From: Candidatus Omnitrophota bacterium
Lineage (GTDB): Bacteria; Omnitrophota; Gorgyraeia; B26-G9
Assembly (NCBI GenBank): GCA_043826565.1
Contig: JBDRPX010000035.1
Span: 31,299 to 95,298, forward strand
Direction: 5' to 3'
Length of the DNA: 64,000 nt
The notes beneath the pieces were generated by a model. It had not been told where the DNA came from and did no database searches. It worked only from the letters and a program-made list of their open reading frames with translations. Positions within the stretch are counted from its first letter, which is position 1. Each line of letters begins with the position of its first letter. The translations under genes and the position numbers were made by a program. Below, piece after piece: positions 45,394 through 56,310 of this stretch.

Positions 45394-47478
45394 TTAATCT
45401 CTAATATCAAGCAGTTCTTTTTCCTTCGGGATAGTAAAATAAAATCTGCTTCCTTTACCCAACTCACTCTCTACCCAGATTTTTCCGCCATGAAGTTCAA
45501 TGATTTCTTTTACAATCGCAAGCCCTAGACCGGTTCCTTTGGGCGATCCCTCGATCGGAACAGTTTTCGACTGCTCGAATTTCTCAAAAATCCGGACTAA
45601 ACTCTCCGAAGGTATTCCGCAGCCTGTATCCGCAACGCATATCTCGATTAATTTATCTTTGGGCTGCGCAGATAAGACAACCGATCCTCCGGCCGGCGTA
45701 AATTTAATCGCGTTTCCCACGAGATTAGTAAATACCTGATTCATCATTTTTGAATCCACATCAAATTCAATGGATTCATCAATATTTTTTTCAAGTTTTA
45801 CTTCTCGGCTCTGGGCCCAGGCCCCGATCAAGTCAAACACTCCGCTAACGATCAAGCTCAAAGAATCACGAGTACATTCTAAATGCATCTTACCTGCTTC
45901 AAGCTTTGATATATCCAGCAAATCATTAACCAGTTCCGTCAAACGTTTCGCATTATTACTGGCAATTTCCAAAAATTGTTTCTGCTGGGCATCCATACCC
46001 CCTTTATTTGCCGTATCTAAGATCAATCCCAGACTCTTTTGAATAGAAATTAACGGAGCGCGCAATTCATGAGAAACATTTGAAACAAAAGCATCTTTCA
46101 TTTTATTTATCTCTTTTTCCTTGGTAACATCACTTAAAACCGAGACCATTCCGACAGCCTGCCCATTTTCATTTTCAATTACCGCCGTACTCGCACGAAG
46201 TGTTTTTTTAGTCGCGTCATTCGGACCGGATAATTCTATTTCTATCTCCTGCAGCTTATCTTTGGAAAGACTCACGATATGTTCATCCTTTAATCCCTCC
46301 AAGATATTATTACCAATCTTTTCCTCTTTATTAACTCCCAGCAACACCTCAGCCGCCGGGTTAAGCGCCATAACTTTACCGTCATTATCAACAATAACCA
46401 ACCCTTCGGCAATATTTCTTAACACCGAATTTATCCGCTCCTTATCTTTCTTGATCTTGCGGTTTTCACTCATCAACACCTGCGTTGCTTCCGCTACTCT
46501 CTTTTCGACAAACCCTTCAATATTTTTCAGTTCACTCTTTAAAGCTAAATTCTCTTTTTGTGTCTTTTTTAATTCATTTTCCAACTGTTTCTTAGTAACC
46601 TTCGGCTGTTTTAACCTGATCGTTTCCGCCTCTATTTTTTTAAGCAACGGAACCTGTTCGACATCCGTAAACCCGGCTTGATCAAAACGCTCCTTAATAA
46701 TCTCAATCACTTCTTCGACAGCTTTTTCCGGACCGACCAATTCCAGAAATTGTTTTACCAGACGACGCGCATGTTTTTTAAATTCCAGAGAAATCAATTC
46801 CTTTTCCGGCATAAGCTCGGACTGGCCTCCTAAAAAATCACTAACCATTCCTACAATATCCTTTTTTCCTGTTCCGGTCCCCGCTCCGATGCCTTCGCCT
46901 ATTCCTGCCCCCTCTCCGATGCCTTCGCCTGTTCCTTTTCCTTCGCCGGTTACTCCCGTTGCCTCCTGGATCTTTTTAACTTCTTCATCTTCGGTAATCC
47001 GGGCATAGTGTACTTCAATAATCTGCACATTTTCAATCTGCTTTTCTTCAAGAATGTTTTTCACCCCGCCTTTTTTATCAGCATCTTCAGGCTTTAAAAC
47101 AAGCACCTCTAAAAATTTTTCCAATTCTTCCTTGGAAAGCCCCTGTTTAAATAACAATCCCTGGATATGAAACTTTTTTAAATTGGTAATTAGGCTTTTG
47201 GAGGCATCGGCTACATCTTCTAATAGTTCCCCATAAAACATTACATTGTGCTCCATAATATCCAGCGACATATCCCCAAACTTCGCCAGGAATGCAGTTA
47301 ATTCAATGGTTGCCTTTTCAATTGCTCCTTTGACCATCGGATGTGCTGCCGGATATAAAGGAACAATCCGTAAGGCAGAAGAAAATGCCTTAAAAAAATC
47401 TCGGATTTTTGTCTTTATGATTTTGTCGTTTTTTAACGCCTCGGTAAAAGCGTGATTTTTTTGATGTTCGTCACTCAT
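45394..47478 (-). CDS. Cytoplasmic sensor histidine kinase with a PAS domain, a Gly-rich (GTGEGxGxG) linker and an uncharacterised N-terminal domain
   Basis: HisKA ([11 protein letters not shown]) and HATPase_c ([12 protein letters not shown]); 694 aa; no TM segment evident. Confidence 0.8.
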   Translation of the reverse strand: MSDEHQKNHAFTEALKNDKIIKTKIRDFFKAFSSALRIVPLYPAAHPMVKGAIEKATIELTAFLAKFGDMSLDIMEHNVMFYGELLEDVADASKSLITNLKKFHIQGLLFKQGLSKEELEKFLEVLVLKPEDADKKGGVKNILEEKQIENVQIIEVHYARITEDEEVKKIQEATGVTGEGKGTGEGIGEGAGIGEGIGAGTGTGKKDIVGMVSDFLGGQSELMPEKELISLEFKKHARRLVKQFLELVGPEKAVEEVIEIIKERFDQAGFTDVEQVPLLKKIEAETIRLKQPKVTKKQLENELKKTQKENLALKSELKNIEGFVEKRVAEATQVLMSENRKIKKDKERINSVLRNIAEGLVIVDNDGKVMALNPAAEVLLGVNKEEKIGNNILEGLKDEHIVSLSKDKLQEIEIELSGPNDATKKTLRASTAVIENENGQAVGMVSVLSDVTKEKEINKMKDAFVSNVSHELRAPLISIQKSLGLILDTANKGGMDAQQKQFLEIASNNAKRLTELVNDLLDISKLEAGKMHLECTRDSLSLIVSGVFDLIGAWAQSREVKLEKNIDESIEFDVDSKMMNQVFTNLVGNAIKFTPAGGSVVLSAQPKDKLIEICVADTGCGIPSESLVRIFEKFEQSKTVPIEGSPKGTGLGLAIVKEIIELHGGKIWVESELGKGSRFYFTIPKEKELLDIRD

Positions 47479-47547
47479 TTAAAATCTCCTCTTTTATGAA
47501 CGCTTAATTTATAGCGCGCTTCATGTGATTTAAATTATTTGCGCGAA

Positions 47548-48645
47548 TTAAAAAACTGTCCGATGCATTTTCACATTAAACAGAAAACCCATAGCAATAA
47601 AATTACATATCAAAGCAGATCCCCCATAACTAATAAACGGTAAGGGCATCCCGACAACCGGCATCAGCCCTAAGGTCATACCTATATTTATTATAGCATG
47701 TAATGCCAACATTGTCGTCACCCCTGTAGCAATAAGCTGTCCGGAGATATCATTAGTATTTTCCGCTATTTTTAAGCCCCTTAAGATCAGCATTAGAAAA
47801 AGAATTATTATTGCCCCGGCAGCTAAGAACCCGCCTTCTTCTCCAATCACAGAAAAAATAAAATCAGTATGACGTTCCGGCAAAAAATTCAAACGGTTTT
47901 GGGTACCGATAAATAAACCCTTTCCTGTTAACATGCCCGAACCGATAGCAATTTTAGACTGATTAATTGTGTATCCTACTCCCAAAGGATCAAGATTTGG
48001 ATTTATAAAAACCATTAACCTGTCTTTTTGGTAAGGTTTCAGGAAAAGCCAAAAAAACGGTAAACTCACCACCCCAGCCGCTATCGCAGAAACAAGATAT
48101 TTTATTTTTATCCCGCCGACTAAAAACATCGCCATTAAAATCGGCAAAAAGATTATCGCTGTTCCTAAATCCGGCTGTTTAAAAATCAATACCATCGGCA
48201 CTAAAGTAATTAAAAACGGTCCTAAGAGGCCTCCCAGGGTTTTTAATCTTTGCGGGTTATCGCCAACCATTCTGGCTACAGCTAAAATGGTAAATAATTT
48301 TGAAAATTCCGAAGGCTGAAAACCTATTCCGCCGATACTAATCCAGCGTTGCGCACCAAAAGCTGTTTTGCCCATCAGCAAAACAAACACTAATGAAATT
48401 ATATGAATACCATAGATTATATAAGCAACGCTCAAAAAAGAATGGTAACTTGTCTTAGCTACGACAAACATTAAAAACAGGCCAATAGAAAGCCACACTA
48501 TCTGGCTTAGGAAAAAATTCTTCCCGGTATCTATCTGTTTTTGATATGAAGCGCTAAGTATCGCCATCAACCCAAACACAATCAGAATCACGAGAATAAC
48601 TGCCAAATATTTATCAAATCCCCCCATTGAGATATTACTAAACAT
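47548..48645 (-). CDS. mrdB: Peptidoglycan glycosyltransferase RodA (SEDS family)
   Basis: FtsW/RodA polytopic membrane-protein motifs; adjacent to PBP2; 365 aa. Confidence 0.85.
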   Translation of the reverse strand: MFSNISMGGFDKYLAVILVILIVFGLMAILSASYQKQIDTGKNFFLSQIVWLSIGLFLMFVVAKTSYHSFLSVAYIIYGIHIISLVFVLLMGKTAFGAQRWISIGGIGFQPSEFSKLFTILAVARMVGDNPQRLKTLGGLLGPFLITLVPMVLIFKQPDLGTAIIFLPILMAMFLVGGIKIKYLVSAIAAGVVSLPFFWLFLKPYQKDRLMVFINPNLDPLGVGYTINQSKIAIGSGMLTGKGLFIGTQNRLNFLPERHTDFIFSVIGEEGGFLAAGAIIILFLMLILRGLKIAENTNDISGQLIATGVTTMLALHAIINIGMTLGLMPVVGMPLPFISYGGSALICNFIAMGFLFNVKMHRTVF

Positions 48646-48661
48646 ATTTTTAAAAATTCCT

Positions 48662-50368
48662 TTATATTTTCTTTTTATCCCTTAAGTATTCCACTATCTG
48701 CTTGGCGATATCCGCGGCTTGCCCGCCGCCGTGTCCGCCATGCTCAAGAAACACAACAAAACAAACATTCTCCCGGGCAAGCTGAGCATACCCGATAAAC
48801 CAGGCGTGAGCAGTATGCCCAGACACCTGTGCGGTACCTGTCTTGGCAAAAACCGGAACATTCTCAACATTAGCACGTATTCCGGTCCCATAACTGGTAT
48901 TGACAACTTTTCTCATTCCATTACGAACTATACGCAATTCCTCAGGTGAAAGCACCTGCGGGCTTAGAAACTTCCCTCCTTTAACCAGATGAGGCTGAAC
49001 CTGTTTACCTTCATTGGCAACTAACGATACCATTTTTAAAGCCTGTAAAGGACTTAACAGCAAATATCCCTGCCCGATCGCAAAGTTAACTGTATCTCCG
49101 CCATACCATTTTTGGCGCAAAGCTGTTCTTTTCCATTGCGGATTTGGCACAACACCTCCCTGCTCTGCTGGTAAACCGACTCTAGTCGGCTCCCCAAGGC
49201 CAAATTCTTTAGCGTAATTAGATAATGTTTGTGCCCCCAATCTAGTCCCTACATTATAAAAGAATACATTGCAGGAAGTCGCTAACGCATCTTCTACACT
49301 GACGCTACCATGGCCTCTTTCTAACCAACACCTAAACACGGCCTTGCCCAGATCGTAATGCCCGGGACAGAAAAAGGTAGTACTAGGATCAATTTTTTTC
49401 TCTTTAAGTCCGGCATAGGCGGTAACAATTTTAAAAATTGAACCCGGCGGATATACCTGTAGGCATCTATTAAGCATTAAAGCATCTTTATGTCTTAAGA
49501 TTTCATTGATTTGCTTATTTTGCTTTTGATCCATAAACACATTCGGATTGAATGAAGGCCCGCTATAAAGCGCTAATATTTCCCCTGTCTGAGCATCCAT
49601 TACACTCACCGCGCCTTTTAATTCCTCCATCGCGTGATATATCAAATTCTGCAGGCCGATATCTATAGTTAAATGTATATCCTGACCACGAACCGGCGGT
49701 TTATATCCCAAAACTTCGATAATATTACCTTCACTATTAACTTCAAGCTGCATACCCCCGGGCTGACCGTGCAGAACATCCTCGAGCTCTTTCTCTAAAC
49801 CACTTCTGCCGATAACGTCATTTATCCCGTATCCGAATTCTTTTAATTCCTGGTATTCGCTTTTATGCATCATCCCTACATATCCCAACAAATGCGCCGT
49901 AGCTGCTTCATATATATATTGGCGCTCTGCGCGGGGTTTAATAAAGATACCGGAAAGTTTTGTTCTTTCCTGTTCAATAAGAAAGGCCACATCGCGCGGA
50001 ACATCCGCGGAAAGCAATACCGGATAAAACGATGTCCGGGAGCTGTAATTATAATTAAATGTATCGGCTAATACCTGGGAACTCACATCTAAAAACTTAC
50101 TCAGCTGCTCAAATAAAACACTTTTGTTTTTGCCTTCAAGTTCTTGCGGAACAGCAACCACATCAAAAGCAAGCTTGTTTTTAACAAGCGGAATATCATT
50201 ACGATCATATATAATACCGCGCGATGCTTCTTCCGGAACCAAGCGAATACGATTACTTTCACTTTGCTTAAAATATTCCCTTCCTTTAAGGCACTGCATC
50301 CTGAATAAATGAACAAATAAAATCAGGAATAAAAATATTATTATATTTCGAACAGCATATAATCGCAT
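48662..50368 (-). CDS. mrdA: Penicillin-binding protein 2 (elongasome transpeptidase)
   Basis: SIFK (SxxK), SCN (SxN) and KTGTA motifs; 568 aa. Confidence 0.9.
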   Translation of the reverse strand: MRLYAVRNIIIFLFLILFVHLFRMQCLKGREYFKQSESNRIRLVPEEASRGIIYDRNDIPLVKNKLAFDVVAVPQELEGKNKSVLFEQLSKFLDVSSQVLADTFNYNYSSRTSFYPVLLSADVPRDVAFLIEQERTKLSGIFIKPRAERQYIYEAATAHLLGYVGMMHKSEYQELKEFGYGINDVIGRSGLEKELEDVLHGQPGGMQLEVNSEGNIIEVLGYKPPVRGQDIHLTIDIGLQNLIYHAMEELKGAVSVMDAQTGEILALYSGPSFNPNVFMDQKQNKQINEILRHKDALMLNRCLQVYPPGSIFKIVTAYAGLKEKKIDPSTTFFCPGHYDLGKAVFRCWLERGHGSVSVEDALATSCNVFFYNVGTRLGAQTLSNYAKEFGLGEPTRVGLPAEQGGVVPNPQWKRTALRQKWYGGDTVNFAIGQGYLLLSPLQALKMVSLVANEGKQVQPHLVKGGKFLSPQVLSPEELRIVRNGMRKVVNTSYGTGIRANVENVPVFAKTGTAQVSGHTAHAWFIGYAQLARENVCFVVFLEHGGHGGGQAADIAKQIVEYLRDKKKI

Positions 50369-50376
50369 GACTGCCT

Positions 50377-50889
50377 TCAGTTTCTTTGTAATGTATATTG
50401 CTTAAGAACCGTTTGTTTTTCTAAAAAATTAAAAAATACCAGGCTTAAAAAAGTCGTATATAAAACTGACCCCGCGATAACACCGATGTGTTCAGAAAAG
50501 GCTGGTAATCCATAAAAATTACCGGCCAGAATATAATATGCGGTTACGGAAAAAATACTGCCGGAAAATGGAACTAAAATCTTTGTTAAGAAATGTGTCC
50601 GATAAACCCTGTCTTCTAATAACCCGGTCATCATGCCGACAGCCCCTAGGATAATACTGTTTATGCCCAGAATCCCTCCGCTTAAACTATCAACACAAAA
50701 CCCCAAAATTATTCCACAGAAAACTCCTCGATAAATACCATTATACAGACCGAAAAATATTACCAATAATAAAATAAGGTCCGGTTTTATAACTCCTAAA
50801 GAAATAATATTTATCAACGTTGTCTGAAATACCAAACTTAACAAAGCAATGATCACAAATCTTACTGTTTTGAATCTGATTTTATACAT
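50377..50889 (-). CDS. mreD: Rod shape-determining protein MreD
   Basis: 170-aa polytopic membrane protein immediately downstream of mreC. Confidence 0.6.
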   Translation of the reverse strand: MYKIRFKTVRFVIIALLSLVFQTTLINIISLGVIKPDLILLLVIFFGLYNGIYRGVFCGIILGFCVDSLSGGILGINSIILGAVGMMTGLLEDRVYRTHFLTKILVPFSGSIFSVTAYYILAGNFYGLPAFSEHIGVIAGSVLYTTFLSLVFFNFLEKQTVLKQYTLQRN

Positions 50890-51653
50890 AAAATTTCTTC
50901 CAAACCGGAAAGAGGTGAAAGTGGTTTAACAATACAGTTTTTATAAATCCCCCCTCTTTCGACCTTAATGCTTTCAATCTTTCCGATAACTAATCCTTTA
51001 GGATAAACTCCGCCGACGCCGGCGCTGATAACAATATCACCTAACTCTACATCCGCATCTACAGGTAAATATTTCAGACGGCATAATTCACTGCCGATAC
51101 CTTCTAATAGCCCTTCTTCTCTTGTCCGCTGAACCATGACCACAACCCGGGAATTAACATCACTAATTAGAAGTATTTTTGACACCCAAGGACTAACTTC
51201 AAAAACTTTCCCGATTAATCCGGAATAACTCATAACCGGCTGATTGATGAAAATCCCCTGATCATAACCTTTATTTATTATGATACTGTTGAGCCAGTTT
51301 GTCGGCTCCTTGCCGATAACCTGAGCAACAATGTAACTATGCGGACTTTTTTCCTGCAGTTGGAGAATCGAGCGCAGTCTTTGGTTTTCCAATTTCTCTT
51401 CTTTTAACTGATTGATCTGAAACTTAAGTTTTTCAATCACCTTTAGATTTTTCTCATTATTAGAAAATCCGGTTACCAGCTGACGGGTCTCAAATATAGC
51501 TAGATAAATACGATAAGTAATCGTAAGGGGAGCTTTTAAAAGGCCTAAAAAACCACTTTTAAAATGCACTGATTTATGGGGTGGAAAAATAAAAATAGCG
51601 ATCAGTAAAAAAACAACGGGAATAATGAAAAGTGGTTTTTTTTGTTTAAGCAC
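50862..51653 (-). CDS. mreC: Rod shape-determining protein MreC
   Basis: N-terminal TM helix, coiled coil, C-terminal beta domains; 263 aa; between mreB and mreD. Confidence 0.8.
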   Translation of the reverse strand: MLKQKKPLFIIPVVFLLIAIFIFPPHKSVHFKSGFLGLLKAPLTITYRIYLAIFETRQLVTGFSNNEKNLKVIEKLKFQINQLKEEKLENQRLRSILQLQEKSPHSYIVAQVIGKEPTNWLNSIIINKGYDQGIFINQPVMSYSGLIGKVFEVSPWVSKILLISDVNSRVVVMVQRTREEGLLEGIGSELCRLKYLPVDADVELGDIVISAGVGGVYPKGLVIGKIESIKVERGGIYKNCIVKPLSPLSGLEEILCIKSDSKQ

Positions 51654-51669
51654 TGTAAAAAATTATCTT

Positions 51670-52734
51670 TCAAAACCGGGATCTTTTTGCACTAACCCTG
51701 CGAAAATTATGAATTTCATTTAAAAATTTCCCTGTTCCCAAAGCTACCGCAGTTAACGCATCTTCGGCAACCCGTACCGGCAAGCCTGTTTCATCAGCTA
51801 ATAATCTATCAATGCCTCTGAGAAGACTGCCTCCTCCCACTAAAACTATTCCTTGGTCCACAAGATCAGCGGAAAGTTCAGCCGGAGCTTTTTCTAAAAT
51901 TATTCTTACAGACTCAACAATCGAGCTTATCGGTTCTGATAATGATTCACGAATTTCCTGAGATGTAATCTTTATTGTTTTGGGCAGACCGGCAATTAAA
52001 TCACGTCCCTTTATATCCATCTCCAACTCTTCCTCTAACGGATACGCTGAACCAATTCTTATCTTTATTTCTTCCGCGGTACGTTCTCCGACCATCAGGT
52101 TATACGCGCGCTTAAGATGCTGAATGATCGCTCCGTCCATTTCATCTCCACCGATACGTAAACTTCGAGAACAAACAATCCCCCCCAACGAAATAATCGC
52201 AATTTCCGTTGTCCCGCCTCCGATATCAACGATCATATTACCGATGGGGTCTTGCACCGGCAAGCCGACTCCAATAGCCGCAGCTTTCGGCTCTTCAATT
52301 AAATAAACTTCCCGAGCACCGGCTCTTTCTGCCGAATCAACAACCGCTCTTTTTTCAACTTCAGTTATCCCTGAAGGCACTGCGATAACAATTAAAGGTT
52401 TGACAAAACGACGGCGTTTGTGAACACGTGAGATAAAATAACGTAACATCCTTTCACTGATATCAAAGTCAGCAATAACTCCGTCTTTCATCGGACGTAT
52501 TGCAATAATATTACCGGGAGTACGGCCAAGCATCTTCTTAGCTTCTTCTCCGACGGCTAAGACCTGATTCGTCCCTTTTCTCACCGCGACAACAGACGGT
52601 TCACAAAGAACAATTCCTTCGCCTTTTACATACACAAGAGTATTAGCTGTACCAAGATCGATGCCGATGTCGAAAGACAGGAAAGCACGTATTGAATTAA
52701 CTAGTTTAACTAACCGTTCAAATAATTTATTCAT
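51670..52734 (-). CDS. mreB: Rod shape-determining actin homolog MreB
   Basis: [17 protein letters not shown]... actin-fold motifs; 354 aa. Confidence 0.95.
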   Translation of the reverse strand: MNKLFERLVKLVNSIRAFLSFDIGIDLGTANTLVYVKGEGIVLCEPSVVAVRKGTNQVLAVGEEAKKMLGRTPGNIIAIRPMKDGVIADFDISERMLRYFISRVHKRRRFVKPLIVIAVPSGITEVEKRAVVDSAERAGAREVYLIEEPKAAAIGVGLPVQDPIGNMIVDIGGGTTEIAIISLGGIVCSRSLRIGGDEMDGAIIQHLKRAYNLMVGERTAEEIKIRIGSAYPLEEELEMDIKGRDLIAGLPKTIKITSQEIRESLSEPISSIVESVRIILEKAPAELSADLVDQGIVLVGGGSLLRGIDRLLADETGLPVRVAEDALTAVALGTGKFLNEIHNFRRVSAKRSRF

Positions 52735-52819
52735 GCAACACCTTCCTTGTTTCGTAGAGATTAAATATAAAATTATATATAGTTATAACATATTCGAAAC
52801 ATTATGTCAAACGAGTATT

Positions 52820-54136
52820 TTACCCCTTTTTCAAGCTCTTTAATACTTTCATAAACTCAGGGAATGACTTATGAATACATTCTGTATCTTTAATCGTTGT
52901 CTGGCCTTGGGATAATAACCCTGCGATAGCCATACACATGGCACTGCGGTGGTCTTTAAAACTGTTAACCACCGCTCCTTTTAGCTGAGCCGGACCGCTT
53001 ATGATCAAATCATTTTTCTTATTAACAATATCCGCACCCATTTTTTGAAGATTAGTAACCATAGAATAAATCCGGTCAGTTTCCTTCACACGCAATTCAC
53101 CTGCTCCGCGAATATACGTTTTGCCTTTGGCAAAACAAGCAGCCACACATAATATCGGCAATTCATCAATACAGTAAGCAGCTTCTTTTTCCGAAATATT
53201 AATTCCTTTTAAAGAACTTGATTTTATCATCAGATCCGCGGCCGGTTCCCAACTTTTGAGTCTATTATTTTTCTTTAAAATTCTAATATCCGCACCCATT
53301 TTTTTTAAAAGCGGAATCAGGTAACTGCGCGTTGGATTGAGCCCGACATTGCGAATAGTAATATTTGAGCCCTTAATTATTGTTGCCCCAACAATAAAAA
53401 AAGCAGCCGAGGAAATATCCCCGGGTAGAGTAATTTTCCCGGGAGCGAGTAATTCATTTTTTCCGCTTAAATTTATAATTTCCCCTTTAACCTTTATATC
53501 GGCATTAAACAGTTTTAACATTCTTTCAGAATGGTCCCGTGTCTTAATTATTTCCTTAATCCGGGTCTTCCCTTGGGCATATAATCCGGCTAAAAGAATC
53601 GCCGACTTAACTTGCGCACTTTTTATCGGCATATCATAACGTATCCCTTTTAATTTTTTTCCGCTAATTACTAGAGGTGGGTATTCTTGTCCGCCCTTTT
53701 TTTTACCGTAAATATCCGCGCCCATTTTCCGCAAAGGGAGAATTATCCTTTTCATCGGCCTTAAGGACAAAGACGGATCTCCGCTTAAAACGCTTTTAAA
53801 TTTCTGTCCGGCCAAAATCCCGGAAAGCAATCGCATCGTAGTTCCGGAATTACCAATATCCAATCTACCTTTAGGCGCTTTCAACCCATTCAACCCTTTG
53901 CCTTTTATTTTGACATTTACAGTCTTTCTATTTTTAATAAGCTTTATGGAAACCCCCATATTCCGAAATGCCGTAATCGCATTACGCGAATCACTACAAT
54001 CTAAAAAATGCTGTATGAGAGTTTCTCCTTCGGCAATAGCCCCAATCATGACCGCGCGCTGCGAAAGAGACTTATCACTGGGAGCACTAAAAACCCCTTT
54101 AAGTTTTCTAATTTTTCTTACCTTTATCTGTTCCAT
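52820..54136 (-). CDS. aroA: 3-phosphoshikimate 1-carboxyvinyltransferase (EPSP synthase)
   Basis: KGVFSAPSDKSLSQRAVMIGAIAEGET and LNPTRS... EPSPS motifs; 438 aa. MurA is the alternative fold, judged less likely. Confidence 0.8.
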   Translation of the reverse strand: MEQIKVRKIRKLKGVFSAPSDKSLSQRAVMIGAIAEGETLIQHFLDCSDSRNAITAFRNMGVSIKLIKNRKTVNVKIKGKGLNGLKAPKGRLDIGNSGTTMRLLSGILAGQKFKSVLSGDPSLSLRPMKRIILPLRKMGADIYGKKKGGQEYPPLVISGKKLKGIRYDMPIKSAQVKSAILLAGLYAQGKTRIKEIIKTRDHSERMLKLFNADIKVKGEIINLSGKNELLAPGKITLPGDISSAAFFIVGATIIKGSNITIRNVGLNPTRSYLIPLLKKMGADIRILKKNNRLKSWEPAADLMIKSSSLKGINISEKEAAYCIDELPILCVAACFAKGKTYIRGAGELRVKETDRIYSMVTNLQKMGADIVNKKNDLIISGPAQLKGAVVNSFKDHRSAMCMAIAGLLSQGQTTIKDTECIHKSFPEFMKVLKSLKKG

Positions 54137-54163
54137 AATTCTCCAAAACTACCCCGTTCAAAA

Positions 54164-54263
54164 CTTGGCGTCCTGCCAATGAACCCGATTATTTCATCCT
54201 GAAACTACCCTGCCTAGGAGCTTTTGCGTCCGGCAAACCGGCCCGGTCATTTCATCCTGAAAC
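54164..54263. repeat. Two tandem ~42-bp imperfect direct repeats (period 58 bp), each ending ATTTCATCCTGAAAC, in the aroA upstream region
   Basis: Unit 1 at 54164-54205 and unit 2 at 54222-54263; the 15-bp core is identical. Confidence 0.55.
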
Positions 54264-54295
54264 CCGAAGGGTTCCGCGAGCGTAGCGAAGTGCAA

Positions 54296-54325
54296 CTAAA
54301 AAGGGGAAGCTCAACACTCCCCCTT
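54296..54325 (-). terminator. Possible intrinsic terminator after the 54353-55402 gene (AAGGGGG...CCCCUU stem + UUUAG)
   Basis: Inverted repeat at 54301-54306 and 54320-54325 with a U-tract on the minus strand. Confidence 0.4.
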
Positions 54326-54352
54326 CTAAAGTCTTAACTTATCCCACACTCC

Positions 54353-55402
54353 TTAAATCTGTTTTACTGCATCTCCTTCTTTAATCTCTTCGGTAGTATA
54401 TTCCGGCAGGATCACAGCTGAGGACATGGTATCATAAATTCTTTCCACCTGTACTTTTCCTAAATAATTTTGCCCTCTATAAACTTCTAATATTTTGGAT
54501 TCTTCTAAACCGTCTTTTTGTCCGATATTAATTACAACAAACGCAAACTCTTTATTTACAACAAGCACCTGCCCCTCTAAACTAGCCGGTGGCGGCAAGC
54601 TTATATAATGCCCCTGATCCTCAGGGTTGGGGATCATTGTCTTTTTTTTTTGCGTTCCGGAGCTGTCGTCTCCCACGACAATTTTTTCTAATTCAACAGT
54701 ATTCGCGCTTTTTTTGCGGCTTAGCTGTATAATTCTGTTTTCCAATGATTCCTTAGCCATTCTAATCTGACTAAGCTGTACTTTTAAATGCTGCAAGTCC
54801 CGATTTGCTTCCTTAAATTTATTATCCAACTTTTCCTGCTCTTTATCTTTTTTGGACAAAGAAGCGTTCAAAGAAGCAACCATATTATTCGTATCGTCAA
54901 TCTGTTTTTCTTTTTTAGCCAGCTCTTCTTCTTTTTCGGCAAGTTCTGACAAAGTCTTTTTGAAATCTTGTCTGGTCTGGGTTAAATCTGACTCAAACTG
55001 ATCTTTAACAATAATTGTATCCTTTAACTCTTTTTCAGTTTGCTCTTTAGCCAGCTGGGTTGCCTCCAAAGTCGCCTCAACTTCTAAGCGTTTATTAACC
55101 TCAGCCTCCTTAATGACATACAATGCCACTGCTCCGGAAACAGAAAAGACAGTCAAAACAACAAGCGCTATTGTTAAAATCGAAGTGTTTGATTTCTTAG
55201 GCTCCGGAATATCTGACCCAGACAAATTTTTATCCGGAAATTGGCTTTCTTGAGGTATCTTATCCTGTGGGTTCATTTCAGCCCCAAACGGAATTTCCTG
55301 CCCGACCCCGAATCCCTTATCCATTAGTCCCCCTTGGTTATTTAGCCCTTTGAATACTTTTGCAGTTGTTATCAGAATATCAAAAATAAAAAAATATGTC
55401 AA
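54353..55402 (-). CDS. Hypothetical membrane-anchored coiled-coil protein with a C-terminal beta-rich domain (start possibly the internal MDKGFGV)
   Basis: TM helix (~aa 75-95), ~130-aa heptad-rich coiled coil, C-terminal domain GQVLVVNKEFAFVVINIGQKDG...; no family recognised. Confidence 0.4.
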   Translation of the reverse strand: MTYFFIFDILITTAKVFKGLNNQGGLMDKGFGVGQEIPFGAEMNPQDKIPQESQFPDKNLSGSDIPEPKKSNTSILTIALVVLTVFSVSGAVALYVIKEAEVNKRLEVEATLEATQLAKEQTEKELKDTIIVKDQFESDLTQTRQDFKKTLSELAEKEEELAKKEKQIDDTNNMVASLNASLSKKDKEQEKLDNKFKEANRDLQHLKVQLSQIRMAKESLENRIIQLSRKKSANTVELEKIVVGDDSSGTQKKKTMIPNPEDQGHYISLPPPASLEGQVLVVNKEFAFVVINIGQKDGLEESKILEVYRGQNYLGKVQVERIYDTMSSAVILPEYTTEEIKEGDAVKQI

Positions 55403-55433
55403 CCATTTTATCTACTGCACACAGCTTAACTTA

Positions 55434-56183
55434 TTAATAATTCACTTTCAAAAGACATAGTCCTTTAGCCGGAGCAGTGGGGCCGGCTTGGCTCCTGTCT
55501 TTTGACTTTAAGATGCGTTTTACCGCTCCTTTTTCGAACTTCCCCTTACCTACTTCCAAAAGAGTTCCGACAATATTTCTCACCATATTATAAAGGAACC
55601 CATCTGCTTCGACATCAATGAGAATGTAGTTATTACGTTTTCTCACTAAAAGTTTCTTAATCGTACGTATTGAATTACGGTGTATTTTGTCACTTGCCTG
55701 AAAAGATTTAAAATCATGTCTTCCGATAAGCGTCTTTGCTTCCTCCTGCATTGCTTTAATATCAAGCTTTCGGGAAATTTGGACTACCCAGCTTCGATCA
55801 AAAACAGAATTATATTCTCTGTTTATAATCGCATAGCGATATGTCTTACTTTTAGCACAGTAACGGGCATGGAAATCCTTACCCGCTAAACAAATGGCTT
55901 TAATCCGAATATCTTCCGGCAGCAGAGAATTAAGCGCGATCTTTATTTTTTTTAAAGGGATCTCTGAATAAGTATTAAAATTAGCTACCTGCTCTTTGGC
56001 ATGAACTCCGGAATCTGTACGTCCGGAACTAATAAGATTTACATTTTCCTGCAATACCTGTGATAAAACTTTTTCTATTGTTTCCTGAATAGTAACAAAC
56101 CGGGTTTTCCCTCGTTTGCGCTGAGTCTGCCAACCCTGATAATTTGTTCCGTCATATTCGATTTTAAGTAAAATATTACGCAT
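55434..56183 (-). CDS. truA: tRNA pseudouridine(38-40) synthase
   Basis: LLKIEYDGTNYQGWQTQ and the catalytic Asp region; 249 aa. Confidence 0.9.
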   Translation of the reverse strand: MRNILLKIEYDGTNYQGWQTQRKRGKTRFVTIQETIEKVLSQVLQENVNLISSGRTDSGVHAKEQVANFNTYSEIPLKKIKIALNSLLPEDIRIKAICLAGKDFHARYCAKSKTYRYAIINREYNSVFDRSWVVQISRKLDIKAMQEEAKTLIGRHDFKSFQASDKIHRNSIRTIKKLLVRKRNNYILIDVEADGFLYNMVRNIVGTLLEVGKGKFEKGAVKRILKSKDRSQAGPTAPAKGLCLLKVNY

Positions 56184-56310
56184 ATCAACTCAAAATTCAA
56201 AACGCAAAATTCAAAAATTCAACTTAAAAATCAAAAATAAAAACATTTTTAAAAAAGTTTTAAGTTTTGGATTGCAGTTTTGACTTTTGACTTTTTAGTT
56301 TTGAATTCAT

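Noticed and set aside
48694-48906. 70-aa minus-strand ORF overlapping the mrdA 3' end, and 50101-50316 overlapping its 5' end
   Set aside because: Both are alternative-frame ORFs within or over PBP2 coding sequence and have no features.
54231-54240. GGCAAACC word on the plus strand upstream of aroA as a third riboswitch
   Set aside because: It is on the non-transcribed orientation relative to all genes here. It lacks the accompanying GNRA hairpin and the GGGUUACCG block.
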